Origin: Defluviitaleaceae bacterium
Lineage (GTDB): Bacteria > Bacillota > Clostridia > Lachnospirales > WQUN01
DNA length: 39,661 nt
Direction: 5' to 3'
Assembly: GCA_009785665.1 (NCBI GenBank)
Contig: WQVV01000001.1
Coordinates: 1 to 39,661, forward strand
Shown piece by piece: positions 17,782-26,361 of this stretch. Position 1 is the first letter of the stretch. Every line of letters begins with the position of its first letter. Made by a program: the position numbers and the translations under genes. Below the pieces are notes generated by a model. It was not told the DNA's origin. It ran no database searches and was given only the letters and a program-made list of their open reading frames with translations.

Positions 17782-18785
17782 CTCCGTAGTTCGCTTGAAT
17801 AGCGACTTGGGCGAATGCTTTCCATATTAACATTACCATTTTCGTCCGTCACAAAAATCAACGAAGAACCGCGTGCAAGATTAGGAAACATTTCAGCTAC
17901 AAACGCTGGAGTGAATATTTCCTCTAGCCCAGCGATTGGGCTTTGCGGATTACTTGTGCCGATGTCTGTAAATTGCAAACTCATTTCAAATTCAACATTG
18001 TGGAACCTACCAAACATATCCTCAATGGTCACGGTAGCGCGACCGCTTAAATACGTTAGATTGTTGGACGAATCTACATGCGCCGTTCCTTCTAATCGGT
18101 TTATTACTAAACTGCGCATTGGAATATCAAGCACCGCGCTGTTTGGAAGGTCAGCCACATCAGACGCACTCATGTTTTGCCATGGGAAACGATGTGCGCT
18201 ACGTCCGTATTCTTCTTCTATTGCTATGTCAGTCAATAGCTGTATTATTTCGGGCAGTTGATTCCCAGAAATTGCGCCAGTTATGCGGCGTGTGCCGTCG
18301 CTTTGTGTACTCATGCTCATGTGATGCCGTAAATCGCCAATTACCATGTCCATTCCAAGTTCCATTAGGCGCATGTAATTGGAGTTGTGTAAGTCTGCGT
18401 CCATTCCGCTCCATGTGTCACGCTGGAAGCCTCTTGTATTCATGTGTAACCAATACATGTTGTACCCGCTGGAGGTAGTTCTAACATCTCTGCGAACATT
18501 AAATGTATCGTTTGAAAATCTTATGGTGTTCCCAGTAGGTGATATGGCGAAGTGACTGCTGTCGCCGTGGCTTTCATGAATGATTTCATGCTCTACGACT
18601 TCACCATTCACACGCATTATAAATTCCCCGTCTAGGGTAAAGTTGTCATAAAACAATGCGTTAAATCCCGCGTTCTTTAACACCTCATACGGCGAACCAT
18701 TAACCGCCGATACCATCAACGCTCCAGACAACATCAGGCCTGCCACTACCAAACACAACACTCGAATTGATAACTTCTTCTTCAT
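17775..18785 (-). CDS. signal-anchored extracytoplasmic protein, paralog 4 of 4 (first gene of the operon)
   Basis: I trimmed the start to ATG 18785 (GGGGAG at 8 nt), giving MKKKLSIRVLCLVVAGLMLSGALMVSAVNGSPYEVLK. Motifs MSTQSDGTRRITG, GNQLPE and IGTSNPQSPI. Confidence 0.8.
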   Translation of the reverse strand: MKKKLSIRVLCLVVAGLMLSGALMVSAVNGSPYEVLKNAGFNALFYDNFTLDGEFIMRVNGEVVEHEIIHESHGDSSHFAISPTGNTIRFSNDTFNVRRDVRTTSSGYNMYWLHMNTRGFQRDTWSGMDADLHNSNYMRLMELGMDMVIGDLRHHMSMSTQSDGTRRITGAISGNQLPEIIQLLTDIAIEEEYGRSAHRFPWQNMSASDVADLPNSAVLDIPMRSLVINRLEGTAHVDSSNNLTYLSGRATVTIEDMFGRFHNVEFEMSLQFTDIGTSNPQSPIAGLEEIFTPAFVAEMFPNLARGSSLIFVTDENGNVNMESIRPSRYSSELRRW

Positions 18786-19033
18786 AAAAATAACTCCCCT
18801 TCTTTTTGTTAGGAACTGGCAAGTTATTTCTTGACAGTTCCTTAGTTTGCGCATACATATTACACTATTCATCGCGAATATATATTACACTCTTTTAAAT
18901 ATTCCCATTTTTTACAAGCAAAAAACACAGCGCGAGTAGTTGCCCCGTTAAAATTTTTTACAAATTTTCGTAATTTTCGTAAAATCCCCACATAAGTACA
19001 CTGCTCGCAAGAATATCCGCCCCTTTCCATAGA

Positions 19034-19062
19034 ATTGTACCTTGACAAAACACTATTGTCAA
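19034..19062 (-). promoter_or_regulatory. sigma-A-type promoter TTGACA-17-TACAAT facing the paralog operon
   Basis: On the minus strand the -35 TTGACA is at 19062-19057 and the -10 TACAAT at 19039-19034, with an exact 17-nt spacer. The -35 is part of an inverted repeat, TTGACA-N9-TGTCAA (19042-19062). Confidence 0.55.
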
Positions 19063-19186
19063 TTTCGCAGAACTTTGCCTTATAGTATAAATACCTTCAA
19101 TGTAAATGTCAATAACGATTTATCGAAATGCAGTAAATTAATATCGCGCCGCACGCACTTAGATAACCACTACAAACGTGAAATTC

Positions 19187-19195
19187 TGGTATAAT
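19187..19195 (+). promoter_or_regulatory. extended -10 element TGGTATAAT upstream of the DUF1848 gene
   Basis: The plus strand reads TGGTATAAT, 18 nt before ATG 19213. The RBS is AGGTGA. Confidence 0.5.
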
Positions 19196-19212
19196 ACATC
19201 ACAGGTGATAAA

Positions 19213-20112
19213 ATGATTATAAGCGCGAGCAGAAGAACCGATATTCCCGCGTATTACGCCGATTGGTTTTGCAATCGAATAAAGGCGGGTTATGTTTTAG
19301 TGCGCAACCCTATGAATTTTCGGCAGGTTAGTCGAATTACGCTTTCGGCGGAAGAGATTGACGCGATTGTTTTTTGGACGAAAAACCCCCAGCCACTTAT
19401 AGAGCGGTTAGGGGAATTATCGCAGTATATGTATTACTTTCAATTTACGCTTACGCCTTATGGCAGGGATATTGAACCAAATCTTCCGCAAAAGCCCCAA
19501 GTATTGCAAACATTTAAGCGGCTTGCAGAGGAAATCGGCCCAGAGAGGGTATTATGGCGATACGACCCCATTTTGTTGAATGAAAAATATTCGCAAGAGT
19601 ATCACATTCACGCGTTCGGAAAAATAGCGGAAGAACTACGCAACCACACCAAAAAGGTAACAATAAGCTTCATAGATGCAAATTATCGCGGCGTAAAAAG
19701 CAACATAAAAACCCTTGCACTACAAGATTTTCCGCAAGAAAACAAACTTAAACTAAGCGCGCAACTTGCAAAAATCGCGCATGAAAACAAATTAGAAATC
19801 TCCGCCTGCGCGGAGGAAATGGATTTGCAACCCCTAGGAATAACCCGCGCAAGATGCATAGACGACAGGCTTCTATCAAAATTACTAAACCAGCAAATGC
19901 CCACCAACAAAGACAAAAACCAGCGGCAAGAATGCGGCTGCATAACCGCCGCAGACATAGGCGCATACAACACCTGTCGCACAAATTGCCGATACTGCTA
20001 CGCTAATTACAACAGCAGCGCAATTGATGGAAACATCAACAACCCCGAATCGCCACTTTTAATAGGCGATATAAACGAAGACGATAAAATCAGCGAACGC
20101 AGAAAAAGATAG
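19213..20112 (+). CDS. DUF1848-family protein (putative Fe-S cluster protein)
   Basis: The N-terminus MIISASRRTDIPAYYADWFCNRIKAGYV and the C-terminal cysteine cluster CGCITAADIGAYNTCRTNCRYCYAN match my recollection of DUF1848. Confidence 0.7.
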   Translation: MIISASRRTDIPAYYADWFCNRIKAGYVLVRNPMNFRQVSRITLSAEEIDAIVFWTKNPQPLIERLGELSQYMYYFQFTLTPYGRDIEPNLPQKPQVLQTFKRLAEEIGPERVLWRYDPILLNEKYSQEYHIHAFGKIAEELRNHTKKVTISFIDANYRGVKSNIKTLALQDFPQENKLKLSAQLAKIAHENKLEISACAEEMDLQPLGITRARCIDDRLLSKLLNQQMPTNKDKNQRQECGCITAADIGAYNTCRTNCRYCYANYNSSAIDGNINNPESPLLIGDINEDDKISERRKR

Positions 20113-20178
20113 TGGTGACACGCCATAATTATTTTATACGTAATGCTCTTGCACGATTGGGATTCAAAAATCACCCAA

Positions 20179-20213
20179 TATAGCAAACGCACCTCGAAAC
20201 CGCGTTTGCTATA
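20179..20213. repeat. 12-bp perfect hairpin with TATAGCAAAC termini (family C, short form); possible bidirectional terminator
   Basis: The arms are TATAGCAAACGC (20179-20190) and GCGTTTGCTATA (20202-20213), with an 11-nt loop. It overlaps the stop codon of the UvrA-family gene. Confidence 0.7.
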
Positions 20214-23079
20214 AGGGGATAAGTGCTAGGAATCTTCCTGTGTGGGAGTTTTGGCATTTTGCTACTTCTTCTGGAGTGCCGTGGGCTACTATTTCGCCGC
20301 CGTTGTCGCCACCGTCGGGGCCTAGGTCTATAATGTAGTCGGCAGATTTTATTACGTCTAGGTTGTGTTCGATTACTAGAACGGTGTGACCAGAGTCTAC
20401 CAGCTTGTTTATGCTTACCAGCAGTTTTTCTATGTCGGCTATGTGTAGGCCTGTTGTTGGTTCGTCTAAGATGTATAAGTTGTGACTGCCGCGTTTTATT
20501 TTGGCTAGTTCCCACGCTAGTTTTACGCGCTGGGCTTCGCCGCCCGATAGGGTTGTGGAACTTTGCCCTAGTGTCATGTAGCCCAGACCTAGGTCGTCCA
20601 TTATGCTTAGTTTGTGGCTGATGTATTTATGTTCTTTGAAGAACTCGCGAGCTTCTTCAACGGTTAGGTTTAGGATTTCGCCTATGCTTTTTTTATTCCA
20701 TTTGACCTCCAGCCCTTCTTCGGAGAATCTCGCGCCTTTACATACTGGGCAGGTCATTTCTATATCTGCCATAAATTGTAGGCTGGTGGTTATTATGCCG
20801 TCACCTGTGCAGTGTTCGCAACGTGTGCCGTTTGCGTGGGTTAGGCTGAAGTCGATTGCCTCGTAACCCTTGGCAATTGCGTCTTCTGTTGCGGCGAATA
20901 GTTTTCTTATTTGGTCGAAAATGCCTACGTAGGTTGCTGGATTGGATTTGCTGTTGCGTCCTATTGCGGATTGGTCTATGTTGATTACATGGGTGATTTC
21001 GTCGTAGCCTAATAACATATCGTGTTCGCCTGCGACTATGCGGGCTTGACGCTTTAGAATATCTATCTGCTTGGCTAAAGTTTCATAGATTAACGTGGAT
21101 TTACCCGAACCACTTACCCCCGTTATGCACAGGAAAACACCCAGCGGAATGTCCACCGTGACATTTTTTAGATTGTTTTCGCGTGCGCCCATTATTGTAA
21201 TCATTTTGTCTGTTGCATGACGGCGGCGTTTTGGTATTTCTATGCCTTTTGTTCCTGTTAGGTACGCGCCTGTTAGGGATTTTTTGTTTTTTGTTACTTG
21301 CGCTATTGTTCCCGATGCCATTATGTTTCCGCCGTGGATTCCTGGCCCTGGCCCTACTTCTACAATGTAATCGGCGTTTCGCATTGTTTCTAGGTCGTGT
21401 TCGATTACTATTACTGTGTTGCCTATGTCGCGAAGTTTTTTCATGATGTTGATTACTTTTTCTGAATCACGCGAGTGCAGACCAATGCTTGGTTCGTCCA
21501 TGATGTATAGCATTCCCATTAGTTCGCTGCTTATTTGAGTTGACATTTTGATGCGTTGCATTTCGCCGCCCGATATGGAATCACTGCGTCTGCCTAGGTT
21601 TAGATAGTATAAACCCACGTCGATTAGAAGTTGCAGGCGTTTTATTAGTTCGTGGGAAATGCTTTCGGCTATTTCTGCATTGTGTCCCGTGTGTTTCACG
21701 CTTGTAAGGAACTCGATTAGCTTTGCGAATTGCATTGATGTTAGTTCATGTATATTCTTGCCGCCCACTTTTACCGCTAGGCGTTGTTGCTTTAAGCGAC
21801 CGCCGCCGCAATCTGGGCAGGTGGTTTCTACCATTACATCTTTGATGAAATCAGGATTCCAGCCGCTTTCATTGTGGCGCAACCAGTGATTGTATTGCCA
21901 ATTTACATCACCAACTATGCCGCCCCATACTTGCCGCCGCCCTACCATGAAGTTTCGTTTTTTCATGTTGGGCGGCTCTATCATGTCTATTTTTGTGCCG
22001 CGTGTGCCATATAGCAAGAAATCGCGGTTTTCGGGGGTCATCTTGTTGTACGGGATATTTAGGTTTACGCCGTAATGCTCTGCCGCGCTGTAAATCATCA
22101 CCCAGCGATAGGATTGTATAAAATTCTTTGGCAACGCGCTTTGACGAAAACAGCCTTCCATTATGCTTTTGTCGGGGTTGTCTATTAAAAATCTTGGCTC
22201 TATCACATGGGATTTTCCTATGCCAAAACATGTAGTACATGCACTGCTTTCGTTGTTGAACGAAAAATGAAACGCTTGTAAATCGCAAAGCGCGTAGTGA
22301 TGCGTCGGGCAGGTGTACTTCTTATAAAAACTGTCGGGGATTTTGCTGGGCGCGCTTAGAATTTCCACACGCATGGTAATTGATTCACTCAAAGAGATTA
22401 ACGCCGCTTCAATTGTTTTGGAAATATGCGCGTGCATTCCCGCCTTGATGGTTAGCGTTTCTATTATGATTTCCATTTCGTAATCGGTGTCTTCGTCTAG
22501 CTCGCGTTTTTCGGATAGGTCGAAGGGTTCGCCGTCTATTAGTAATCGCTTGTAGCCCTTTTTGCGGATTATATCGAATAGGTAGGTGAAATCCGTACCA
22601 GGGATTTTTTCCGTTGGAACTCGTAATTCAACTACAGTGCCTTTCGGCAAAGAGGAAATATGCTCTGCCATGCGGGAGGCGTTGACCTGCTTTAATGCAT
22701 GTCCACAAACTGGGCATTCGCCAACGCCTACGGTTGCGAACAACAGCCGTAAATAATCTTGAATATCCGTAACCGTTCCCACCGTCGAACGTGGGTTGAA
22801 ATTCCCCTTCTTCTGCTCAATAGACACAACTGGCGAAAGCCCCCGCACATACTTAACATCGGGCTTCTTAACTTGATTAATGCGTCCCTTAGCAAAATTC
22901 GAGATTGATTCCAAAAAACGCCGTTGCCCTTCGCCATAAATAACGTCAAACACCAGCGAAGATTTACCCGACCCAGACACCCCCGTTACAACCGTAAGTT
23001 TATCACGGGGAATTTCCACATCAACATTTTGCAGATTATTTTGGTTCGCGCCAATTACTTCGATGGTTTTTCTTATCAT
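20209..23079 (-). CDS. UvrA-family (excinuclease ABC subunit A-like) double ABC ATPase, divergent
   Basis: Two Walker A motifs ([18 protein letters not shown]), two signatures ([16 protein letters not shown]) and Walker B motifs ([20 protein letters not shown]). Zn modules [15 protein letters not shown] and CEHCTGDG...CPVCKG. I chose the start at ATG 23079 ([10 protein letters not shown]); alternative upstream starts exist up to 23127. Confidence 0.85.
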   Translation of the reverse strand: MIRKTIEVIGANQNNLQNVDVEIPRDKLTVVTGVSGSGKSSLVFDVIYGEGQRRFLESISNFAKGRINQVKKPDVKYVRGLSPVVSIEQKKGNFNPRSTVGTVTDIQDYLRLLFATVGVGECPVCGHALKQVNASRMAEHISSLPKGTVVELRVPTEKIPGTDFTYLFDIIRKKGYKRLLIDGEPFDLSEKRELDEDTDYEMEIIIETLTIKAGMHAHISKTIEAALISLSESITMRVEILSAPSKIPDSFYKKYTCPTHHYALCDLQAFHFSFNNESSACTTCFGIGKSHVIEPRFLIDNPDKSIMEGCFRQSALPKNFIQSYRWVMIYSAAEHYGVNLNIPYNKMTPENRDFLLYGTRGTKIDMIEPPNMKKRNFMVGRRQVWGGIVGDVNWQYNHWLRHNESGWNPDFIKDVMVETTCPDCGGGRLKQQRLAVKVGGKNIHELTSMQFAKLIEFLTSVKHTGHNAEIAESISHELIKRLQLLIDVGLYYLNLGRRSDSISGGEMQRIKMSTQISSELMGMLYIMDEPSIGLHSRDSEKVINIMKKLRDIGNTVIVIEHDLETMRNADYIVEVGPGPGIHGGNIMASGTIAQVTKNKKSLTGAYLTGTKGIEIPKRRRHATDKMITIMGARENNLKNVTVDIPLGVFLCITGVSGSGKSTLIYETLAKQIDILKRQARIVAGEHDMLLGYDEITHVINIDQSAIGRNSKSNPATYVGIFDQIRKLFAATEDAIAKGYEAIDFSLTHANGTRCEHCTGDGIITTSLQFMADIEMTCPVCKGARFSEEGLEVKWNKKSIGEILNLTVEEAREFFKEHKYISHKLSIMDDLGLGYMTLGQSSTTLSGGEAQRVKLAWELAKIKRGSHNLYILDEPTTGLHIADIEKLLVSINKLVDSGHTVLVIEHNLDVIKSADYIIDLGPDGGDNGGEIVAHGTPEEVAKCQNSHTGRFLALIPL

Positions 23080-23370
23080 TTTATTTGCTCCCGTAGCTTT
23101 TTCGTTATTTCTATCCAAAATATTCACCTCGTTGGGCTATGATGAAGTTGATAGCCCTAAATCAAATTTGCCAATCTTCATTGTATCACATTATACCATG
23201 AGGGGAGGATTTTTTTGATTATGTTTATAAAACTGCTCTGAGCCATGGTAAAAATAAGCCATTCTGACGGTAAGTAACGACCAAACTTTTTTGGGGATTG
23301 GTATAAGCCCGTTATATTGTGGCGAAAATTTTCATGTAAGCAAATTGCTATATTATGGGAGGCATCAGCC

Positions 23371-23730
23371 ATGACGGGACATACAGAGCGTGTAATTTTG
23401 GTAAAAGGAGATTCCACAAAATGGTACAATCAGGCGATATTTATAGTGAATCAAAACATGCCAGCAACGAAAATGCCAGTGGATTTTGTAGCGGAAGCAG
23501 AGAAGATTATCTACAATCACATAACCAAAGAACGAGGAAAAAAGGCGGTAGGGCAAGGCGTATACACATCGCAAATGCCCAAAGCAGGGCACATTGCCAA
23601 TCCTTCAGTTCCGCGCACAGGGCGTACTGGGAAGAAAAAAGCCAGTAAATTTGATTTCGCGTTAAACGTAGTGATGGTATTAGCGTGTGTAGCAATAGTA
23701 GCAGTATTTGTGTACGGCATGATGGCATAA
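23371..23730 (+). CDS. hypothetical protein with a basic linker and C-terminal TM anchor
   Basis: ATG 23371 lies 8 nt after GGGAGG. The C-terminus reads FALNVVMVLACVAIVAVFVYGMMA. I recognised no family. Confidence 0.5.
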   Translation: MTGHTERVILVKGDSTKWYNQAIFIVNQNMPATKMPVDFVAEAEKIIYNHITKERGKKAVGQGVYTSQMPKAGHIANPSVPRTGRTGKKKASKFDFALNVVMVLACVAIVAVFVYGMMA

Positions 23731-23773
23731 TTTAAACAACCCCGCATAGGTTTTAACAATGGTGTCGCTATTA

Positions 23774-23878
23774 TATAGGCGTTTCGATTTGAAATGGGCT
23801 GAGGACGAGTCAATTCTGCGAACGTTTCTGCGCAGAATTGACGACAGACGAAGCCCAATTTCAAACGAAATCGCTATA
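23774..23878. repeat. ~105-nt imperfect palindromic element (family B)
   Basis: The outer arms are TATAGGCGTTTCGATTTGAAATGGGCT and AGCCCAATTTCAAACGAAATCGCTATA. The inner perfect 12-bp stem is GTCAATTCTGCG (23809-23820) / CGCAGAATTGAC (23831-23842). Confidence 0.8.
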
Positions 23879-23905
23879 GTACTTGCTTAAACTGGAGGAA
23901 TATGT

Positions 23906-24226
23906 ATGCTTGGCACGACACTTCTAATCATAGGGCTGGCGGGTTTGGCGGGCAAGGCTTGGGCAGTGTTTAGAGATGTAAAAGACCCGCCCCTTGGCTT
24001 AAAAGCCAAGGTGGCGAAAATGCGTCTGGACACAAAAAAAGCAGACGGCAAAGAAACATACACATACGTAGTCACATTTTTAATGATAGACAAGAATGAC
24101 TACATAAGTTTTGAAGTTCCACAAAAACTATTCGACGAAATGGTAACAAAAGACGAAGGCACTCTAACCTGCAACATAAAACGCCAAAAATTCATAAGCT
24201 GGGAACTTTCAACGCCAGGTACATGA
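23906..24226 (+). CDS. DUF2500-like small membrane-anchored protein
   Basis: An N-terminal TM helix is followed by a ~75-aa beta-rich domain (VAKMRLDTKKADGKETYTYVVTFLMIDKNDYISFEV). RBS GGAGG at 7 nt. Confidence 0.55.
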   Translation: MLGTTLLIIGLAGLAGKAWAVFRDVKDPPLGLKAKVAKMRLDTKKADGKETYTYVVTFLMIDKNDYISFEVPQKLFDEMVTKDEGTLTCNIKRQKFISWELSTPGT

Positions 24227-24230
24227 TGCT

Positions 24231-25061
24231 TCAAAGCGAACCAAAAACAAACTTACTAGACGCAATGCGGATTTCTGCCTCTGCGAATTGTTCTACAAGG
24301 CTTCTGCGAACGTCACTGCACGCGGCGAAGTTTATTGATATTGTGGAAGTCCACATGCTTGCCCTTAGTTCTATCCCGTAAATGCCTAGTGCGCGCACGA
24401 ACACTGGGACTTTTTTTACGCCATCTTCGAGTTGTTCGGGGGTGCGGGTGTCTACGAAGTTTGGGTGTTCGCCTATTACTTGGGCTAGAATTTCGCTGGC
24501 TTTTGTAATATCGGAATCGTAGGTGATAATTACATCTATGAATGATGAGGCCTGCGGGTTGCAAAAATTGGAATTTTCGATTAACTCTTTGTTTATTACG
24601 GAATTGGGAATGATAATTCGGCTATTCATAAATGTGCGAATTACCGTGTGTCTAAGGGAAATATCCTCGATAAAGCCCGTGATATTCGCGTTTACTAGAT
24701 GCACACGGTCGCCAACCTCGAAGGGCTTAAAAATGGAAATGAACAGCCCGTTAAATGCATTACCAAGTGATTCCTGTGCGGCAAAACCAATCATAAGCGC
24801 GGCAATTCCCGAGCCAGCAAAAATAGCCGTAGCAAAATCGCTAAACTCTGGAAACGAACTAAGCGCGAAAAGAATCCCCGCCACCCAAATTAAAGCGGTA
24901 AACACATTTTTGATAAACTTTTGGTGAATGGAAGCCGTATCAAAAATACGCCGCCAAACCGCACGGAAAATTGTTATTCCAATAAATGTACCAAGTAGCT
25001 TAGTGGCAAAACGCAACAAAACCCACAGCATTTCTTGTGAGTTAAGGAAATTGTCAATCAT
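24231..25061 (-). CDS. mechanosensitive ion channel (MscS family)
   Basis: Three N-terminal TM helices and the pore-helix region GIAALMIGFAAQESLGNAFNGLFISIFKPFEVGDRV. Confidence 0.85.
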   Translation of the reverse strand: MIDNFLNSQEMLWVLLRFATKLLGTFIGITIFRAVWRRIFDTASIHQKFIKNVFTALIWVAGILFALSSFPEFSDFATAIFAGSGIAALMIGFAAQESLGNAFNGLFISIFKPFEVGDRVHLVNANITGFIEDISLRHTVIRTFMNSRIIIPNSVINKELIENSNFCNPQASSFIDVIITYDSDITKASEILAQVIGEHPNFVDTRTPEQLEDGVKKVPVFVRALGIYGIELRASMWTSTISINFAACSDVRRSLVEQFAEAEIRIASSKFVFGSL

Positions 25062-25076
25062 TTTGCAAAACCTCCA

Positions 25077-26081
25077 TTACAGTCCTAAAGTTCTACAGCC
25101 CCATTGTGCGATTGTTTGTATTCGCGGGTCTTCGTGACTTAGGCTGTCTTTTATATACTTAAAATATTCGGGCTTCTTCGAGTTCACCATTGCGCGAAGT
25201 GCAGAACATTTCCACCGCCACAAACCGTTTTCGCCGCAATACCAGAAGCGCGGATTTACAATTTTGTTATAAGTTTCTTCCGTCATGTTGAAAACCGCTT
25301 CGGGTTGCATGTAGGCTTCGTATTGTTCCAAAAGTGGGAAGGGTTCGTTTTCCGTGAACTTGTTTTTGTTTGCTGGGCAGACATCTTGACACATGTCGCA
25401 ACCATATAGGCATTGCCCCATTTGTTGCAAAATTTCTTCGCTGGGTAATTCCTCCGCGTTGAAGGTGTGATACGCTATGCATTTCGCATAGTCCATAGAA
25501 AACCCGTCTGTAAACGCATTTGTTGGACAAGCTTTCACGCATTTTTGACAATCATCACTGCATTCGGGTAGGTGGAAATCGGCGGGTATTTCATCATATT
25601 CCAAAACCTTGTCCACCGTCCATGTTCGCACTATCACATTTGACCCATGCTCCAGCGAATAAATAAAATTGTTACGCCCAAATTTTCCTATTCCTGCCCT
25701 TGCCGCCGCCCATCTTACTGGCGGCTCGTATTTTATTACGCTCATTCCCAGCGTGTGTAAGTATGCTTCAAACTCCGCCCCCGCCCTGTATTCCTCCGAA
25801 AAATGTACACGTCCGTCAAATAAATAATGCTTCCCTATTAACCCCCGCAAACTATTGGGGACTTTGTACTTATTAAGCCGCTGAATACACACAATAATTG
25901 ACTTAGCCGATTCTGGCGGCTGCGCAAAGTTGTACAATCCCGCATAAAGTTTTTTAGATTTGGGAAATGTTTTTACTCGCTCGTCCATAAATTTTGTATA
26001 CTCATCAAAAAATTTCGCGGGGATTATTCCACACGCCGCATAATGTTGCTCTGCCTTTTGCTTTATTTCCTTCGTTGTCAC
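25077..26081 (-). CDS. QueG-like (epoxyqueuosine reductase family) 4Fe-4S protein
   Basis: Two ferredoxin-type motifs, CQKCVKACP and GCDMCQDVCPANKN. The segment ARAGIGKFGRNNFIY and the HEAT-like C-terminus also fit. GTG start after AGGAGGG. Confidence 0.6.
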   Translation of the reverse strand: MTTKEIKQKAEQHYAACGIIPAKFFDEYTKFMDERVKTFPKSKKLYAGLYNFAQPPESAKSIIVCIQRLNKYKVPNSLRGLIGKHYLFDGRVHFSEEYRAGAEFEAYLHTLGMSVIKYEPPVRWAAARAGIGKFGRNNFIYSLEHGSNVIVRTWTVDKVLEYDEIPADFHLPECSDDCQKCVKACPTNAFTDGFSMDYAKCIAYHTFNAEELPSEEILQQMGQCLYGCDMCQDVCPANKNKFTENEPFPLLEQYEAYMQPEAVFNMTEETYNKIVNPRFWYCGENGLWRWKCSALRAMVNSKKPEYFKYIKDSLSHEDPRIQTIAQWGCRTLGL

Positions 26082-26149
26082 AGTATCCCTCCTACATTTT
26101 TTATAATCATATCAAATTTTGTTAGCGATTGCATTAAATCCTGCGCATA

Positions 26150-26178
26150 TTGCGAATGTCATCGTTTTGCAGTACAAT
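26150..26178 (+). promoter_or_regulatory. promoter TTGCGA-17-TACAAT of the toxin-antitoxin operon
   Basis: The -35 is at 26150-26155 and the -10 at 26173-26178, with a 17-nt spacer. It lies 22 nt upstream of the antitoxin ATG. Confidence 0.5.
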
Positions 26179-26200
26179 TATTTTCAAAGGAGTGATTCTT

Positions 26201-26359
26201 ATGTCAAAAGCGATAACCGTGCGAATTGATGAAAATGTAAAACAACAAGCCAACGCTGAATATTTGGCAAAACTTGATGAATCCATTGCGCAGGCTGAAC
26301 GGGGCGAGGTGGTTAAATATACAATGGATGAATTAGAAGCCTTGGTGAACGGAGAGTAG
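26201..26359 (+). CDS. type II antitoxin (short, 52 aa)
   Basis: ATG 26201 follows AAAGGAG. The sequence is MSKAITVRIDENVKQQANAEYLAKLDESIAQAERGEVVKYTMDELEALVNGE. It ends 2 nt before the toxin start. Confidence 0.7.
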   Translation: MSKAITVRIDENVKQQANAEYLAKLDESIAQAERGEVVKYTMDELEALVNGE

Positions 26360-26361
26360 CT

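Noticed and set aside
18786-18872. 29-codon N-terminal extension of paralog 4 in the ORF track (MNSVICMRKLRNCQEITCQ...)
   Set aside because: It has no RBS. The internal ATG 18785 has GGGGAG at 8 nt and reproduces the MKKKLSIRV N-terminus shared by the other paralogs.
20171-20515. 114-aa minus-strand ORF rich in Arg/His/Ser/Thr
   Set aside because: It is an alternative frame within the 3' end of the UvrA-family gene, with no independent start signals.
23221-23241. 6-codon mini-ORF (MFIKLL) downstream of a strong AGGGGAGG, considered as a leader peptide
   Set aside because: The spacing to the ATG is 12 nt, which is too long. The GGAGG string lies next to the minus-strand promoter of the UvrA-family gene, and there is no obvious attenuator structure downstream.
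23178-23429. 83-aa minus-strand ORF in the divergent region, and other overlapping ORFs at 23355-23864
   Set aside because: They overlap promoter DNA or are alternative or antisense frames of the 23371-23730 gene. They have no RBS and implausible composition.
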